Under the pieces are notes generated by a model. That model did no database searches and was not told the DNA's origin. It worked only from the letters and a program-made list of their open reading frames with translations. Of a DNA stretch of 64,000 nucleotides, positions 47,432 through 56,669 are shown one piece after another. Each line of letters begins with the position of its first letter. Position 1 is the first letter of the stretch. The position numbers and the translations under genes were made by a program. The stretch lies in assembly GCA_026391795.1 (NCBI GenBank), contig JAPLDI010000007.1, forward strand, positions 96,940 to 160,939, in the 5' to 3' direction. This DNA is from Bacteroidota bacterium. Its GTDB lineage: Bacteria > Bacteroidota > Bacteroidia > Bacteroidales > FEN-979.

Positions 47432-47442
47432 AGGGGAAATTA

Positions 47443-48387
47443 TTATTCAGTTAGTCTGGCTTCCTTCTTATACAATGCTGTTTCTTCCTCGCTTAATCCT
47501 TCGAATCCTACTTTGTAATCAAAGGCCCTGTCAACAGGAGGAAGGTAATACACACTGGGTTCCGTTCCCAGCTCTTCCATAAACCGATAGGCTGCCCTGT
47601 CGTGGATCAGTTCACTGAACCTGACAGTTTCAGTCCCGTTTGTAACAGAATCCTGATTCTTGTCACCATACCAGTAAACGCCATTCGGGCAGGAGGTCAC
47701 ACACGATGGCAACTCACCCTTCCGGACCATATCCGGACAGAAATCGCATTTGCTTACCGTCCCGATCTTTGGAGGAGCACTTGTTTCGGGAGAATATCGC
47801 TCCTTCGTCGGGTTTGGAAGTTTCGGCTCTTCCCAGTTGAAAACCCTTGAGGAATAGGGACAGGCTGCCATGCAAAATTTGCAGCCAATGCAACGTTCGT
47901 TATCAACCAGGACAATCCCGTCCGTACGTTTGAATGTTGCCCCGACAGGACAAACCTTTACACAGGGCGGGTTGTTACAATGAAGACAGGGCTTAGGAAA
48001 CCAGTATGGAGCCGTATCCTGGCCGTCGCGCATCAGGTAGAATTTGATCCAGTCCATGTGCGCAGGCAGGTTATGCATGCTCTGGCACCCCTCCAGGCAT
48101 TTCCTGGCATTCCTGCATTTTGCAAGATCGATGACCATGACCATTTTTTTACCAGGCATTCCCTGACGCGCTTCCTGATTGGAGACCGGTTCGCAACATG
48201 TATGTCCCTTGTCAACCTCTACCAGTTTCCCATCTTGTGTAAGCACCTTGATCTTCTCCCCGGTTTCCCTGGATTCGGTTTCCGAAAAAGCGGATAACAT
48301 TTTACTTCCACCAACGATCAGGGCACCGGCTCCAGCGGCTACACCCAGTTTTAAAAACTTTCTGCGGGAGGCGGATTTATCTTTCAT
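47443..48387 (-). CDS. Tat-exported four-cluster Fe-S protein (NrfC/DmsB/QrcC-like)
   Basis: SRRKFLK Tat motif; CLHC..PPC..VCP, CIGC..C..ACP, KCDFC...C...CP. Confidence 0.92.
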   Translation of the reverse strand: MKDKSASRRKFLKLGVAAGAGALIVGGSKMLSAFSETESRETGEKIKVLTQDGKLVEVDKGHTCCEPVSNQEARQGMPGKKMVMVIDLAKCRNARKCLEGCQSMHNLPAHMDWIKFYLMRDGQDTAPYWFPKPCLHCNNPPCVKVCPVGATFKRTDGIVLVDNERCIGCKFCMAACPYSSRVFNWEEPKLPNPTKERYSPETSAPPKIGTVSKCDFCPDMVRKGELPSCVTSCPNGVYWYGDKNQDSVTNGTETVRFSELIHDRAAYRFMEELGTEPSVYYLPPVDRAFDYKVGFEGLSEEETALYKKEARLTE

Positions 48388-48602
48388 TCCTTGCTGATTT
48401 TACTTGTTAAAAAATAGATCTCCCGGCATTTCTGCCTTCGAGTCAATAAATTAGGCAACTATTGAAATAGGGAATCTGCTCTTCATTTCAGGTGACCAAA
48501 ACTACATTTTAACACATTCGCATTTTTTGATATGTGTACGGTATTTTTCTGCAATATAAAGGAAATTATCCCTCGTTTGGAAGGAAAGAAAACGTATTAA
48601 CA

Positions 48603-48616
48603 TTGATATATATCAA
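48603..48616. promoter_or_regulatory. FNR-type box TTGAT-N4-ATCAA
   Basis: Perfect TTGATATATATCAA in the divergent region between the Fe-S operon and the Crp/Fnr gene. Confidence 0.7.
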
Positions 48617-48687
48617 CATTTCTTACCTTTACTGCGGAAAGCTATAGGATCATATCCTCCACCCTAATCAGAACGACACGGAAAGAG

Positions 48688-49389
48688 ATGCCAGTTAGCC
48701 TGAATAAAACAGAAATGAATTGCATTTCCTGTGACTGCAAGTCACAATTATTTTCCTTGCTTACAGATGAGGAACTGGACATGGTACAGAAAAACAGGGT
48801 GAATGTGGTGTTTCGGCCCGGGGAGACCATCCGGAAACAGGGTACTGCGATGACTCATGTAATTTCTGTGAACCGCGGCCTGGCAAAATTATACCTTGAA
48901 GGGATCGAAAACCGGAATGCCATCCTGAGGCTTGTCAAGCCGACAAACTTTATCGGTGGCCCTGGGATCTACCTTGACATGATGCACCATTATTCGGTTA
49001 CGGCTCTTATGGAGTCTTCCGTTTGCTTTATTGATATTCATGTTTTCAAAAAAATCATCAAACAGAACAGCCTTTTTTCCGACGAATTCATGAAGGATTT
49101 CAGCAGGAACACGCTTGCGGCATACAACCGGCTGATCAACCTTACCCAGAAGCAGATGCCTGGCCGGATGGCGGATACGCTTCTCTATCTTTTCCATGAA
49201 ATCTTCCAATGCAACAAATTCCCCATGCTTATCTCAAAGCAGGATCTTGCAGACCATTCCGCGATGTCAAAAGACAGTGCGGTGAAAGTCCTCAGGGGAT
49301 TCCAGAATGACGCGATCATCCGGATCACCGACAATGAAATGATCCTGCTGGATGATGAAGCCATGAAGAAGATCAGCAGGATCGGATAG
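48688..49389 (+). CDS. Crp/Fnr family transcriptional regulator
   Basis: N-terminal CISCDC, cNMP-binding barrel with VCFID, C-terminal HTH. Confidence 0.9.
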   Translation: MPVSLNKTEMNCISCDCKSQLFSLLTDEELDMVQKNRVNVVFRPGETIRKQGTAMTHVISVNRGLAKLYLEGIENRNAILRLVKPTNFIGGPGIYLDMMHHYSVTALMESSVCFIDIHVFKKIIKQNSLFSDEFMKDFSRNTLAAYNRLINLTQKQMPGRMADTLLYLFHEIFQCNKFPMLISKQDLADHSAMSKDSAVKVLRGFQNDAIIRITDNEMILLDDEAMKKISRIG

Positions 49390-49558
49390 CTGCATGATCC
49401 TGCTTAATTTTTTTTCCCGGCCTGTATACTTTTTCCATGAATCCTCTGTTTTGTTTTCAGAAATGATATCATAAGCTGGTTTAATTAAATCGTGTATGTT
49501 AAAATGTATACTCCCTGCCATAACGATTGCAGGTATACAACTTAAAAACAACTGAACA

Positions 49559-50263
49559 ATGAAAAAAATCACGATTCTGATGATCTGCTGGGCGTTTACC
49601 CAGTCGGTCTTTGCCCAGGATACCGTTTCTTCCCATTCATCCAGAAGCAGCAGTGAGTTCCATACCCTTTTCGGAAATGGAAAGGGCGGATGCAAAATCC
49701 CCCTGGGATATTTTTTTGAACTGAATGCAGGATATACTCAATTCGGAAATCAGGATGTTTTTCTGCCCGGCATAAGCATGGGACTGATCCTGGATCACCA
49801 CTGGACCATCGGCGCCACGGGAAGTTTTATCGGAAATATGTACGGGTTGCATTTTCCTGACATTTATTATGACTCCACGATCACCGGTTTGCATGGAGCC
49901 TATCTGCACGGCGGTTATGGAGGGCTTTTGCTGGAATATACCCTGATGCCTACGTCGCGGGTTCACGTTGTTTTTCCGCTGATGATCGGGGGAGGGTACA
50001 TGTACTATTCAAATCAAACAAATCACACTGATTCTTCCTTTTCCCATCATACCAATCATGGCTGGCACAACCATTCCATTTCCAGCGATTACTTCTTTGC
50101 TATTGAACCGGGTGTGAGAGTTGAATTCAATGTGATCAAACCGCTCCGGATCGGACTGGGTGTCAGTTACCGGTATGTTCCCGACCTGGACCTTATGAAT
50201 ACCTCCTCCGGCCTTCTCAACCAATTCACGGCCAAACTTACCCTGCGTTTCGGGAAGTTCTGA
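49559..50263 (+). CDS. Putative small outer-membrane beta-barrel protein
   Basis: Signal peptide, GYGGLLLEY, EPG..VEFN, YRY, C-terminal FGKF. Confidence 0.7.
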   Translation: MKKITILMICWAFTQSVFAQDTVSSHSSRSSSEFHTLFGNGKGGCKIPLGYFFELNAGYTQFGNQDVFLPGISMGLILDHHWTIGATGSFIGNMYGLHFPDIYYDSTITGLHGAYLHGGYGGLLLEYTLMPTSRVHVVFPLMIGGGYMYYSNQTNHTDSSFSHHTNHGWHNHSISSDYFFAIEPGVRVEFNVIKPLRIGLGVSYRYVPDLDLMNTSSGLLNQFTAKLTLRFGKF

Positions 50264-50266
50264 GGA

Positions 50267-50863
50267 TCAGTACCGGATCATTTTGATGAATTCCGTCCGG
50301 GTCCTATCTTCAACTTCAAGAATGTAAACTCCCGCAGAAAATCCTGAAAGGTCAAGGGTTTCCGATTCAATTCCTGCGGCATCTGCTGACGACTTTCTGA
50401 AAATTAGATTTCCGGTCGCGGATCGGATCGTCATTCCGTGGATTCTGTTGTTCCGGTCACGGGTGCTGACGGTTACCTGATCCTTTGCAGGACTTGGATA
50501 TGCAAGAAATGACCGGCATTCCTGAAGATCCTGACTGCCGGTTGGAGTTGTACAGGATAGCATATGTGTGATGCGGGAAGAAGATTCCAGGGAATCTGCC
50601 AGGTAAAGATAAACGCTGTAATCCATCAGGAAGCCATGACCGAAGGAAATAACCGGAAAGCGGCCGTCGGCAATGGTAACGTTATTGCCTGCAACGGTTC
50701 CCGGGTAATATATTTCAGAGGGTATTGCACGGTTGTTTCGGCTTGTATCCGTAAAATTCATGGAACGATGACCCACCGGAAAGTTCTGGGAGACCCCTGA
50801 GAGGGACAAGAGAATCATCAGGACGGATAAACATGATTTCATGGTTACACTGATTTTCATCAA
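50267..50863 (-). pseudogene. Internally deleted alpha/beta-hydrolase with intact T9SS CTD
   Basis: Chlorophyllase/PAF-AH-like start (IYYP...FPVISFGHGF) joins directly to the CTD (YPSPA...GVYIL); no GxSxG. Confidence 0.55.
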
Positions 50864-51103
50864 TGATATCAGATTTCATAAAAGAAGTAAATATCCCATC
50901 TGAACATCCCAAAGTGAAAATCAGCTGGTAACTTTTTTTCCATCCCGCCTTGAATATTCATGCCGCAGAGACAAGATAATTGCCGGGATAAAAATAAATT
51001 TTTATTTAGACCATTTCCATATTAGCTTTGCATCTCGTTTTAATTTCTTGTTTTTCAAGAACAAACAAATTCACTGATTATTTAACTTCTTAAAAAAAAT
51101 CCT

Positions 51104-51415
51104 ATGAAATACATAATGAAGGTTCGTATGTCTTTGGATAAAGGCAATGAAGCACTGCGTGACCCGCAATTTGGCCATAAGATGAGTGAGCTGCTCGCCG
51201 AGATCAAGGCAGAAGCAGCCTATTTCTCAACCATCAGGGGGCAAAGGGGTGCATACATCGTCGTTAATCTGAATGATGCATCTGAGCTTCCTGCCGTTGC
51301 AGAGCCGTTTTTTTTATGGCTGGATGCGGATATTGAATGGATCCCGGTGATGAAACCGGAAGATCTTGGGAAAGCAGGCCCCGCAATCGGCGCGGCCGTA
51401 AAAAAGTGGGGATAA
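51104..51415 (+). CDS. Small conserved cytoplasmic protein (DUF3303/GYD-like)
   Basis: EAAYF....GQRG..IV and P..AEPFF...A......PVM..EDL motifs. Confidence 0.7.
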   Translation: MKYIMKVRMSLDKGNEALRDPQFGHKMSELLAEIKAEAAYFSTIRGQRGAYIVVNLNDASELPAVAEPFFLWLDADIEWIPVMKPEDLGKAGPAIGAAVKKWG

Positions 51416-51421
51416 TTTCCG

Positions 51422-51453
51422 TAAATGGCAAGATGGTAAAATGGGAAATTGGG
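51422..51453 (+). repeat. Degenerate 8-bp tandem repeat
   Basis: TAAATGGC AAGATGGT AAAATGGG AAATTGGG between convergent genes. Confidence 0.5.
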
Positions 51454-51485
51454 ATGACAATCATCCTGTTTTCTGTTTTACCATT

Positions 51486-52136
51486 TTACTTTTGATCCGG
51501 TTCCTTCATTTCCAGGCCCATGGTTCCAAGTGTTCGTGTCAGGATGTCTTCCCTTTTGGGGAGAGGGACAAACCCGGGAACGAAAGCCGTGGAGGGATCA
51601 ATCCGGAGTAATGAATCAACTTTCATCGTTTTCAGGGAATCCTGCACCACAGGAATAAATGTTACAGGCAGGCCAAGGTCCCAGGCAAAACTTCGGAGTG
51701 CGGCAGTCTGCCCGGGGTCTGTGGCCACTGCAATCTTTTCAAACCCCATCGTTTTAGCCATCCGGTAAGCATAGACCAGGTTTTCGGTACTGTGTTCGGC
51801 ATTGGTTTCCGAGAAGACATGTTCACGGGGAATTCCGAGAGCCAGGGCATACAGAGCCATGATCTTTCCTTCGACATAAGGGGAATAGACAGCATTGCCG
51901 GAATAGATCACATTGCGTGCGATCCCTTTTGAATAAAGAAAATAAGACCAAAGGACCCGTTCCTTCATGATATTGCTTTCCCAGGTTCCATTCTCAAACG
52001 GAATGCCCGGAACAATGATGATGTCGAATGGGGCTTTAAGGATGGCTTTATGATAGGATTTGAGTGGTGATGAGCAGGATGCTGTCAGGATCAAGCATGC
52101 GATGCAGGAAAGAAGCCTGAACCTTATCATCTTCAT
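51486..52136 (-). CDS. YdcF/DUF218 (SanA/ElyC-like) lipoprotein
   Basis: IIVPG, IYSG.AV..PYVE..IM, E..AEHSTEN, TD..Q; lipobox TASC. Confidence 0.85.
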   Translation of the reverse strand: MKMIRFRLLSCIACLILTASCSSPLKSYHKAILKAPFDIIIVPGIPFENGTWESNIMKERVLWSYFLYSKGIARNVIYSGNAVYSPYVEGKIMALYALALGIPREHVFSETNAEHSTENLVYAYRMAKTMGFEKIAVATDPGQTAALRSFAWDLGLPVTFIPVVQDSLKTMKVDSLLRIDPSTAFVPGFVPLPKREDILTRTLGTMGLEMKEPDQK

Positions 52137-52250
52137 AAGTGTGAATGATATAACTTTTCCCTATAATGGTGTAACAGATACCTTCATGAAGTGCTATACT
52201 TTCGTAAAAATAATCTTTTCCTTTCAAACGAAAAACGGTTACCTAAAAAT

Positions 52251-52832
52251 ATGAAAATGAAAACGAGCATAACGATCATCCTTTTCCTTGCATTTATAGT
52301 TGGATCCCCTGGTCAGTCTTTCAGTGGAAATGGCCCTGTAGATCCTGCAGGTCCCGGCAGTGGAATCCTGGGAATAGGTTTTGGACCGGGAATTCCATTT
52401 TACGGAGGGAGCGGTTTTGGACCCGCCATCATTGTTCATTATGATCACAGCATCTGGCAGGCAGGTCCCGGAACAATAAGCCTTGGAGGACAGATCGGAA
52501 CCTCTTTCTTCTGGTATCATTACTCACATCAGGAGGTGAACTACAAATACAGCTGGACCAACATCGGGATTGTATTCAGGGGGGCCTATCACTATGGATG
52601 GAAGGTTCCGGGCCTGGATACGTACGCAGGTTTCGGAGCAGGGACATGGTTCAGCATGTATAATGACGGGGGATATGCTGATTCCGGCAGAAATTCCTCG
52701 CATGTGGGATTTCTTCCCACAGTATTTTTCGGCGGATCGTACTACTTTAATGAGGTAGTCGGCGTAAATGCTGAATTGGGTTATAATTTTGCCTACGCCT
52801 CGATCGGCCTGAATTTCAGATTGACCAAATAA
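52251..52832 (+). CDS. Putative outer-membrane beta-barrel protein
   Basis: Signal peptide from ATG 52251, RGAYHY, D.YAG.G.G, G.NAELGY, GLNFRL end. Confidence 0.75.
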   Translation: MKMKTSITIILFLAFIVGSPGQSFSGNGPVDPAGPGSGILGIGFGPGIPFYGGSGFGPAIIVHYDHSIWQAGPGTISLGGQIGTSFFWYHYSHQEVNYKYSWTNIGIVFRGAYHYGWKVPGLDTYAGFGAGTWFSMYNDGGYADSGRNSSHVGFLPTVFFGGSYYFNEVVGVNAELGYNFAYASIGLNFRLTK

Positions 52833-52910
52833 AATTCAAGGACGGATGGGATGATCCGGATTTTTTCCGAAATTTGAAAAAGATACCCAGATCTTTTTAC
52901 AAGCGAGGAA

Positions 52911-55580
52911 ATGTCTCCAAAAAAAAATACCGAATTCCGTCTCAGGTCGTATTATCCGAATTACTATTCCCTGCAAAAAATACTGGATCATCCTTTTGAG
53001 GAAGGCTTATCCGAAACTATCCCGGGGTTCCTGAAGCCCGAACTGGAATTTAAAAAGCCCGGAGATCCCGAATTTCAGCCGATTCCCATACGGAATATCG
53101 ACGGGTATATCCTCTGCCAGCCCGACCGCGATCTGGCACGGCAATACCTGGAGCTTCTCGGAGCTTCCTACCGGAAGGATGTCACTGCCCTGAAAACAAA
53201 AGAAGTCATTGCCCGCCGGTTCCTGAAACAGATGCAGTCACGGTTCGGATCTTTAACGTTTATTGAGAACAGTTCTGTTGTTCCATCGGCAACGACCAAT
53301 CCCTATGACGAAATCCTCCTCAGTCAGAAGGGCAAAGTATTGCTTGATCTCTACCACGAAGGTTACCCGGTTCCGGATTTCTGTGTGCTCACCTCGAATT
53401 CATACAAAATTGAGACCCCTGAAAGAGAATCCTGTTTGCTGGCGGCGATTTCAAACCTTGAAAAAATGACGGGAGAGCGGCTGGGAGACCCTGATCGGGC
53501 GCTTGTGTTTGCCATGCGCTCGGCAACACCCTATTACATTCCCGGACTGATGCCAACCTATCTGAACGTAGGGGTGACGAAAGATACAGTACGGTCGCTT
53601 GAACATCAGTACGGCCGTCCGGTCGCAACTAAGATTTACCTGAATAACCTTCAGTCGTTATGCCAGATCCTGGGTTCGGGTGAAGAGTTTTACAAGAAAG
53701 AAAAAGGGAGTTGCCTGCCGGTTACGGAAGATGCGGAGGAGCGCATCGATCATCTTTTCAAAAAGATTGAGACCCTTGATGAACGGATCCTTTATGATGC
53801 CCAATACCAGGTGAAGATGTTCATGGGTGTTTCACACAGCTTTTACACGCGGAACCAGGACCTGATCTATACTTTTCAGCGCGGGCATTCAGCCTTTCCC
53901 GCACTGATCCTGCAGAAGATGGTTTGGACGGTGAGGAACCAGGATTCCTATCCCGGTGTTTTGTACAGCCGCCATCCGCGTACCGGACTTGGGATCCAGA
54001 TCGAAAGTGTGAGAGAAATCTTCGGAGAAGAGATCATGACCGGTACCATCAACGCAAACCAACGGGAGTTTTTCGACCGCAATGAAATCAAGGAGGAGTT
54101 TTCAGCCATCTATCACTTCACCCCCATGCTGCCCAAACTGGAGGTTAAACTTAAATCACCTGCAACCATTGAATTTGCTGTAGAATCCTTTGACGGGATT
54201 TCCCTTTTTGCCATTCTTCAACTGAATCTTTCCGAACTTACCGGCCGGTCGACATTGCTCACAGCCATCGACCTTTATCAAAAAAAAATCATCACCAAAA
54301 AGAGGGTGATCCAGCTGATCCGGCCCTACCATCTGCGCCAGATTTTTTCCGAGCGTATCGATGACAACTCCTGGGATCTGCTCAGTTTATTCGGCTACGG
54401 AGTTTCAATACTTCCCAGGTCAGCCGTCTCCACAAAAATATATTTTACCATGGCAAAGGCACTGGAGGCGAAAAGAAAAGGAGAGAAGGTATGCCTTTGC
54501 AAAGAAAATTTCATTCCTTCTGAAACGATCTTCATGGGAGAACTGGATGCCATCCTGAGCATGAACCCTCTTGCCATCCACGTAGTGACGGCCTGCCTGG
54601 GATATGGGATCCCCGCCTTCATCAACCTGAAGAATCATCAGATGAGCCTGGCTGAAAATGCCATTGTCAACGAAGCCGGGGTCGTCCTCCATGAAGGAGA
54701 CTGGATCACCGTATCGAGCAAGCATCATTGCATTTATATCGGGAAGGCAAACTATAAACCGGCCCGGTTTCAGAAATACCTTGAGGGAAAAACCCTCGAA
54801 ATGGAAGAGAAGGAGGAAAAGGTTTTCATCAACATGGCAAGGGCCTACAAAGTATACCAGGAGATCCTGGATACCCTGAATACGGAGGAAGCCATGACGC
54901 TGCCTGACCTCATCAAACTGATCCGCAATGACTATGACCAGCAGCAGCAGAAAGCCGTTGAATTTGTAAACGGGTGGTTTGACGCTCACCGGGATTATTA
55001 TTATTCGGAGATCCTGAAGAGCGGACCCGGATCGCATCTCGATCAGCACAAAATCTACAGTCTGCTGACCACCGACAGGAGGATCCTTTTCTTTAAAAAT
55101 ATGATACGGATCTGCAGGAAAGAGAATATCTTCGGATTTTCAGCCGGTGCCTTCATGCTCGGCAGGTTTTTATGCCAGCCTCACCCGGTGAGTTTCTGGA
55201 GGGCCTTTGATCCATCCGACATCGTCTTCCTTCTCAATGAACATATTCTGTTCGGGAAATACATGCAAGTGCTGACTGAATTCGGGGAGCGTCACCTTAC
55301 CCGTACCAAAAACAAACTGCTGATGGACGACCTGAGCAGCATCACCCTGTCGTCGATGGAGCCTGACCTGTTCATCACCTTAAAATTATGCTCCCCTGAC
55401 TGGAATGAGATAGAATCATACATTCAGCCTGAACAGGATAAGGATACCCGCAGCCTGATCAATCTTCTGAAACAACCCTATGGTAAGCTTTTCAACTATG
55501 ATCTTCCCTGGTCGTTTGAAAGACTGCAATCCATCTGCAGAACTGAAAAGACGGGGATGCCTGACAGGGAGTCCGTTTAA
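52911..55580 (+). CDS. PPDK-related protein: ATP-grasp and phospho-His swivel domains, with a non-PPDK C-terminal domain
   Basis: KG..L..L...GYPVPDF, RSA....PGLMPT.LNVG, QKMV, SR.PRTG, GEEIMTG, IEFAVE, IHVVTACLGYG; PEP/pyruvate TIM-barrel motifs absent. Confidence 0.75.
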   Translation: MSPKKNTEFRLRSYYPNYYSLQKILDHPFEEGLSETIPGFLKPELEFKKPGDPEFQPIPIRNIDGYILCQPDRDLARQYLELLGASYRKDVTALKTKEVIARRFLKQMQSRFGSLTFIENSSVVPSATTNPYDEILLSQKGKVLLDLYHEGYPVPDFCVLTSNSYKIETPERESCLLAAISNLEKMTGERLGDPDRALVFAMRSATPYYIPGLMPTYLNVGVTKDTVRSLEHQYGRPVATKIYLNNLQSLCQILGSGEEFYKKEKGSCLPVTEDAEERIDHLFKKIETLDERILYDAQYQVKMFMGVSHSFYTRNQDLIYTFQRGHSAFPALILQKMVWTVRNQDSYPGVLYSRHPRTGLGIQIESVREIFGEEIMTGTINANQREFFDRNEIKEEFSAIYHFTPMLPKLEVKLKSPATIEFAVESFDGISLFAILQLNLSELTGRSTLLTAIDLYQKKIITKKRVIQLIRPYHLRQIFSERIDDNSWDLLSLFGYGVSILPRSAVSTKIYFTMAKALEAKRKGEKVCLCKENFIPSETIFMGELDAILSMNPLAIHVVTACLGYGIPAFINLKNHQMSLAENAIVNEAGVVLHEGDWITVSSKHHCIYIGKANYKPARFQKYLEGKTLEMEEKEEKVFINMARAYKVYQEILDTLNTEEAMTLPDLIKLIRNDYDQQQQKAVEFVNGWFDAHRDYYYSEILKSGPGSHLDQHKIYSLLTTDRRILFFKNMIRICRKENIFGFSAGAFMLGRFLCQPHPVSFWRAFDPSDIVFLLNEHILFGKYMQVLTEFGERHLTRTKNKLLMDDLSSITLSSMEPDLFITLKLCSPDWNEIESYIQPEQDKDTRSLINLLKQPYGKLFNYDLPWSFERLQSICRTEKTGMPDRESV

Positions 55581-55636
55581 TGGTGAAATGGTTAGGTGGC
55601 TGAATAGGTAAATGGCAAAGTGGCAAAATCGTAAAA
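55581..55636 (+). repeat. Degenerate 8-bp tandem repeat (about 7 units)
   Basis: TGGTGAAA TGGTTAGG TGGCTGAA TAGGTAAA TGGCAAAG TGGCAAAA TCGTAAAA. Confidence 0.55.
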
Positions 55637-55673
55637 TATCTTATGAATCCGCTGATTTACCTTTTGGTTAAGG

Positions 55674-56669
55674 TCAGTGCGACTCCAGTTTGGCCGGTTC
55701 TATTTTCGGTGCTTTCCTGCCCAGGTTGAAGTCGCGCGAGAGGCTTATGGCATAGGAATAAGAGGGGGTAAGCTGGCGACCGGTGTAATTCTTGTAGAGT
55801 GGCATGTCGAAGACAACGGTTACATTCCATTTTCCGACAATCGAGTAGCTAAGCTGGGGAGATATATACAGGATATCATACCCCGTATTCACTTCCGTTT
55901 TCCCGCCGTACGTATCATGGGTCTTGTATTCATTCCTCAGCTGAAGGATTCCAAAGAAATATTTCGCGATCTTTTTCGAAACAAAAACGGAATTCAGCAG
56001 GATGTTGCCATACTTGTATTTTGTTGTGTCGGTTGTTCCCTTTCCGGGAAAATTGTAGTCATACCGGTTCGTAGTAAACAACCTCATGGTGACCGACGGG
56101 AAGCCGATGTTGAAGAACACCAATGCATTTGCACTGAATGCATTCGTGGAAGGCTGGATATCCCGGTTCAGCTGAATGCCATTGACCATCTGGGGATCAA
56201 AACTGAACGGATAACGGAAACCTGCACCGGCTGTAAGTTCGATTTGCTTCGCGGGTTTGACAAAAATGCCGTATTTCAGGTTGAACCCGCCGTTCGACAA
56301 TCCGTACCCGGTTGTTTTCATCCCGTTGAAGACATTGTTGTCAAGGTATACCTGGGTTTTATTGATAAAGTAGCCGAAATCCATTTCCAGGGTAAGCCTG
56401 CGTGTGAGACCATATCCAAAAGCAAGTCCTGTAAAATTATAATTGGCCGATTGCAGCGGGTTATTATCGGCATGGCTGTCGCCTTCATAATATTTATCCG
56501 AATAATTGTGCCGGTAAAAGGTGGCTACCCGAAGGTAATTTTTACCCAGGATACCTACATATACAGAGGCTCCGACAGGGCTTCCCGTTGAACAGCATTG
56601 AGCATGCAGTTTACCGGGATAAAAAAGCAAAATCACTGCAAAAAGCAGGACACCCGCAGGTTTAAACAT
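55674..56669 (-). CDS. Putative outer-membrane channel (MetA-pathway/transporter-like beta-barrel) with N-terminal CC motif
   Basis: Signal peptide then QCCSTG; amphipathic strands; SPQLSY..., P.Y....G.QL. Confidence 0.6.
   Translation of the reverse strand: MFKPAGVLLFAVILLFYPGKLHAQCCSTGSPVGASVYVGILGKNYLRVATFYRHNYSDKYYEGDSHADNNPLQSANYNFTGLAFGYGLTRRLTLEMDFGYFINKTQVYLDNNVFNGMKTTGYGLSNGGFNLKYGIFVKPAKQIELTAGAGFRYPFSFDPQMVNGIQLNRDIQPSTNAFSANALVFFNIGFPSVTMRLFTTNRYDYNFPGKGTTDTTKYKYGNILLNSVFVSKKIAKYFFGILQLRNEYKTHDTYGGKTEVNTGYDILYISPQLSYSIVGKWNVTVVFDMPLYKNYTGRQLTPSYSYAISLSRDFNLGRKAPKIEPAKLESH

Noticed and set aside
55677-56591. 304-aa plus-strand ORF
   Set aside because: Antisense to the signal-peptide-bearing barrel gene
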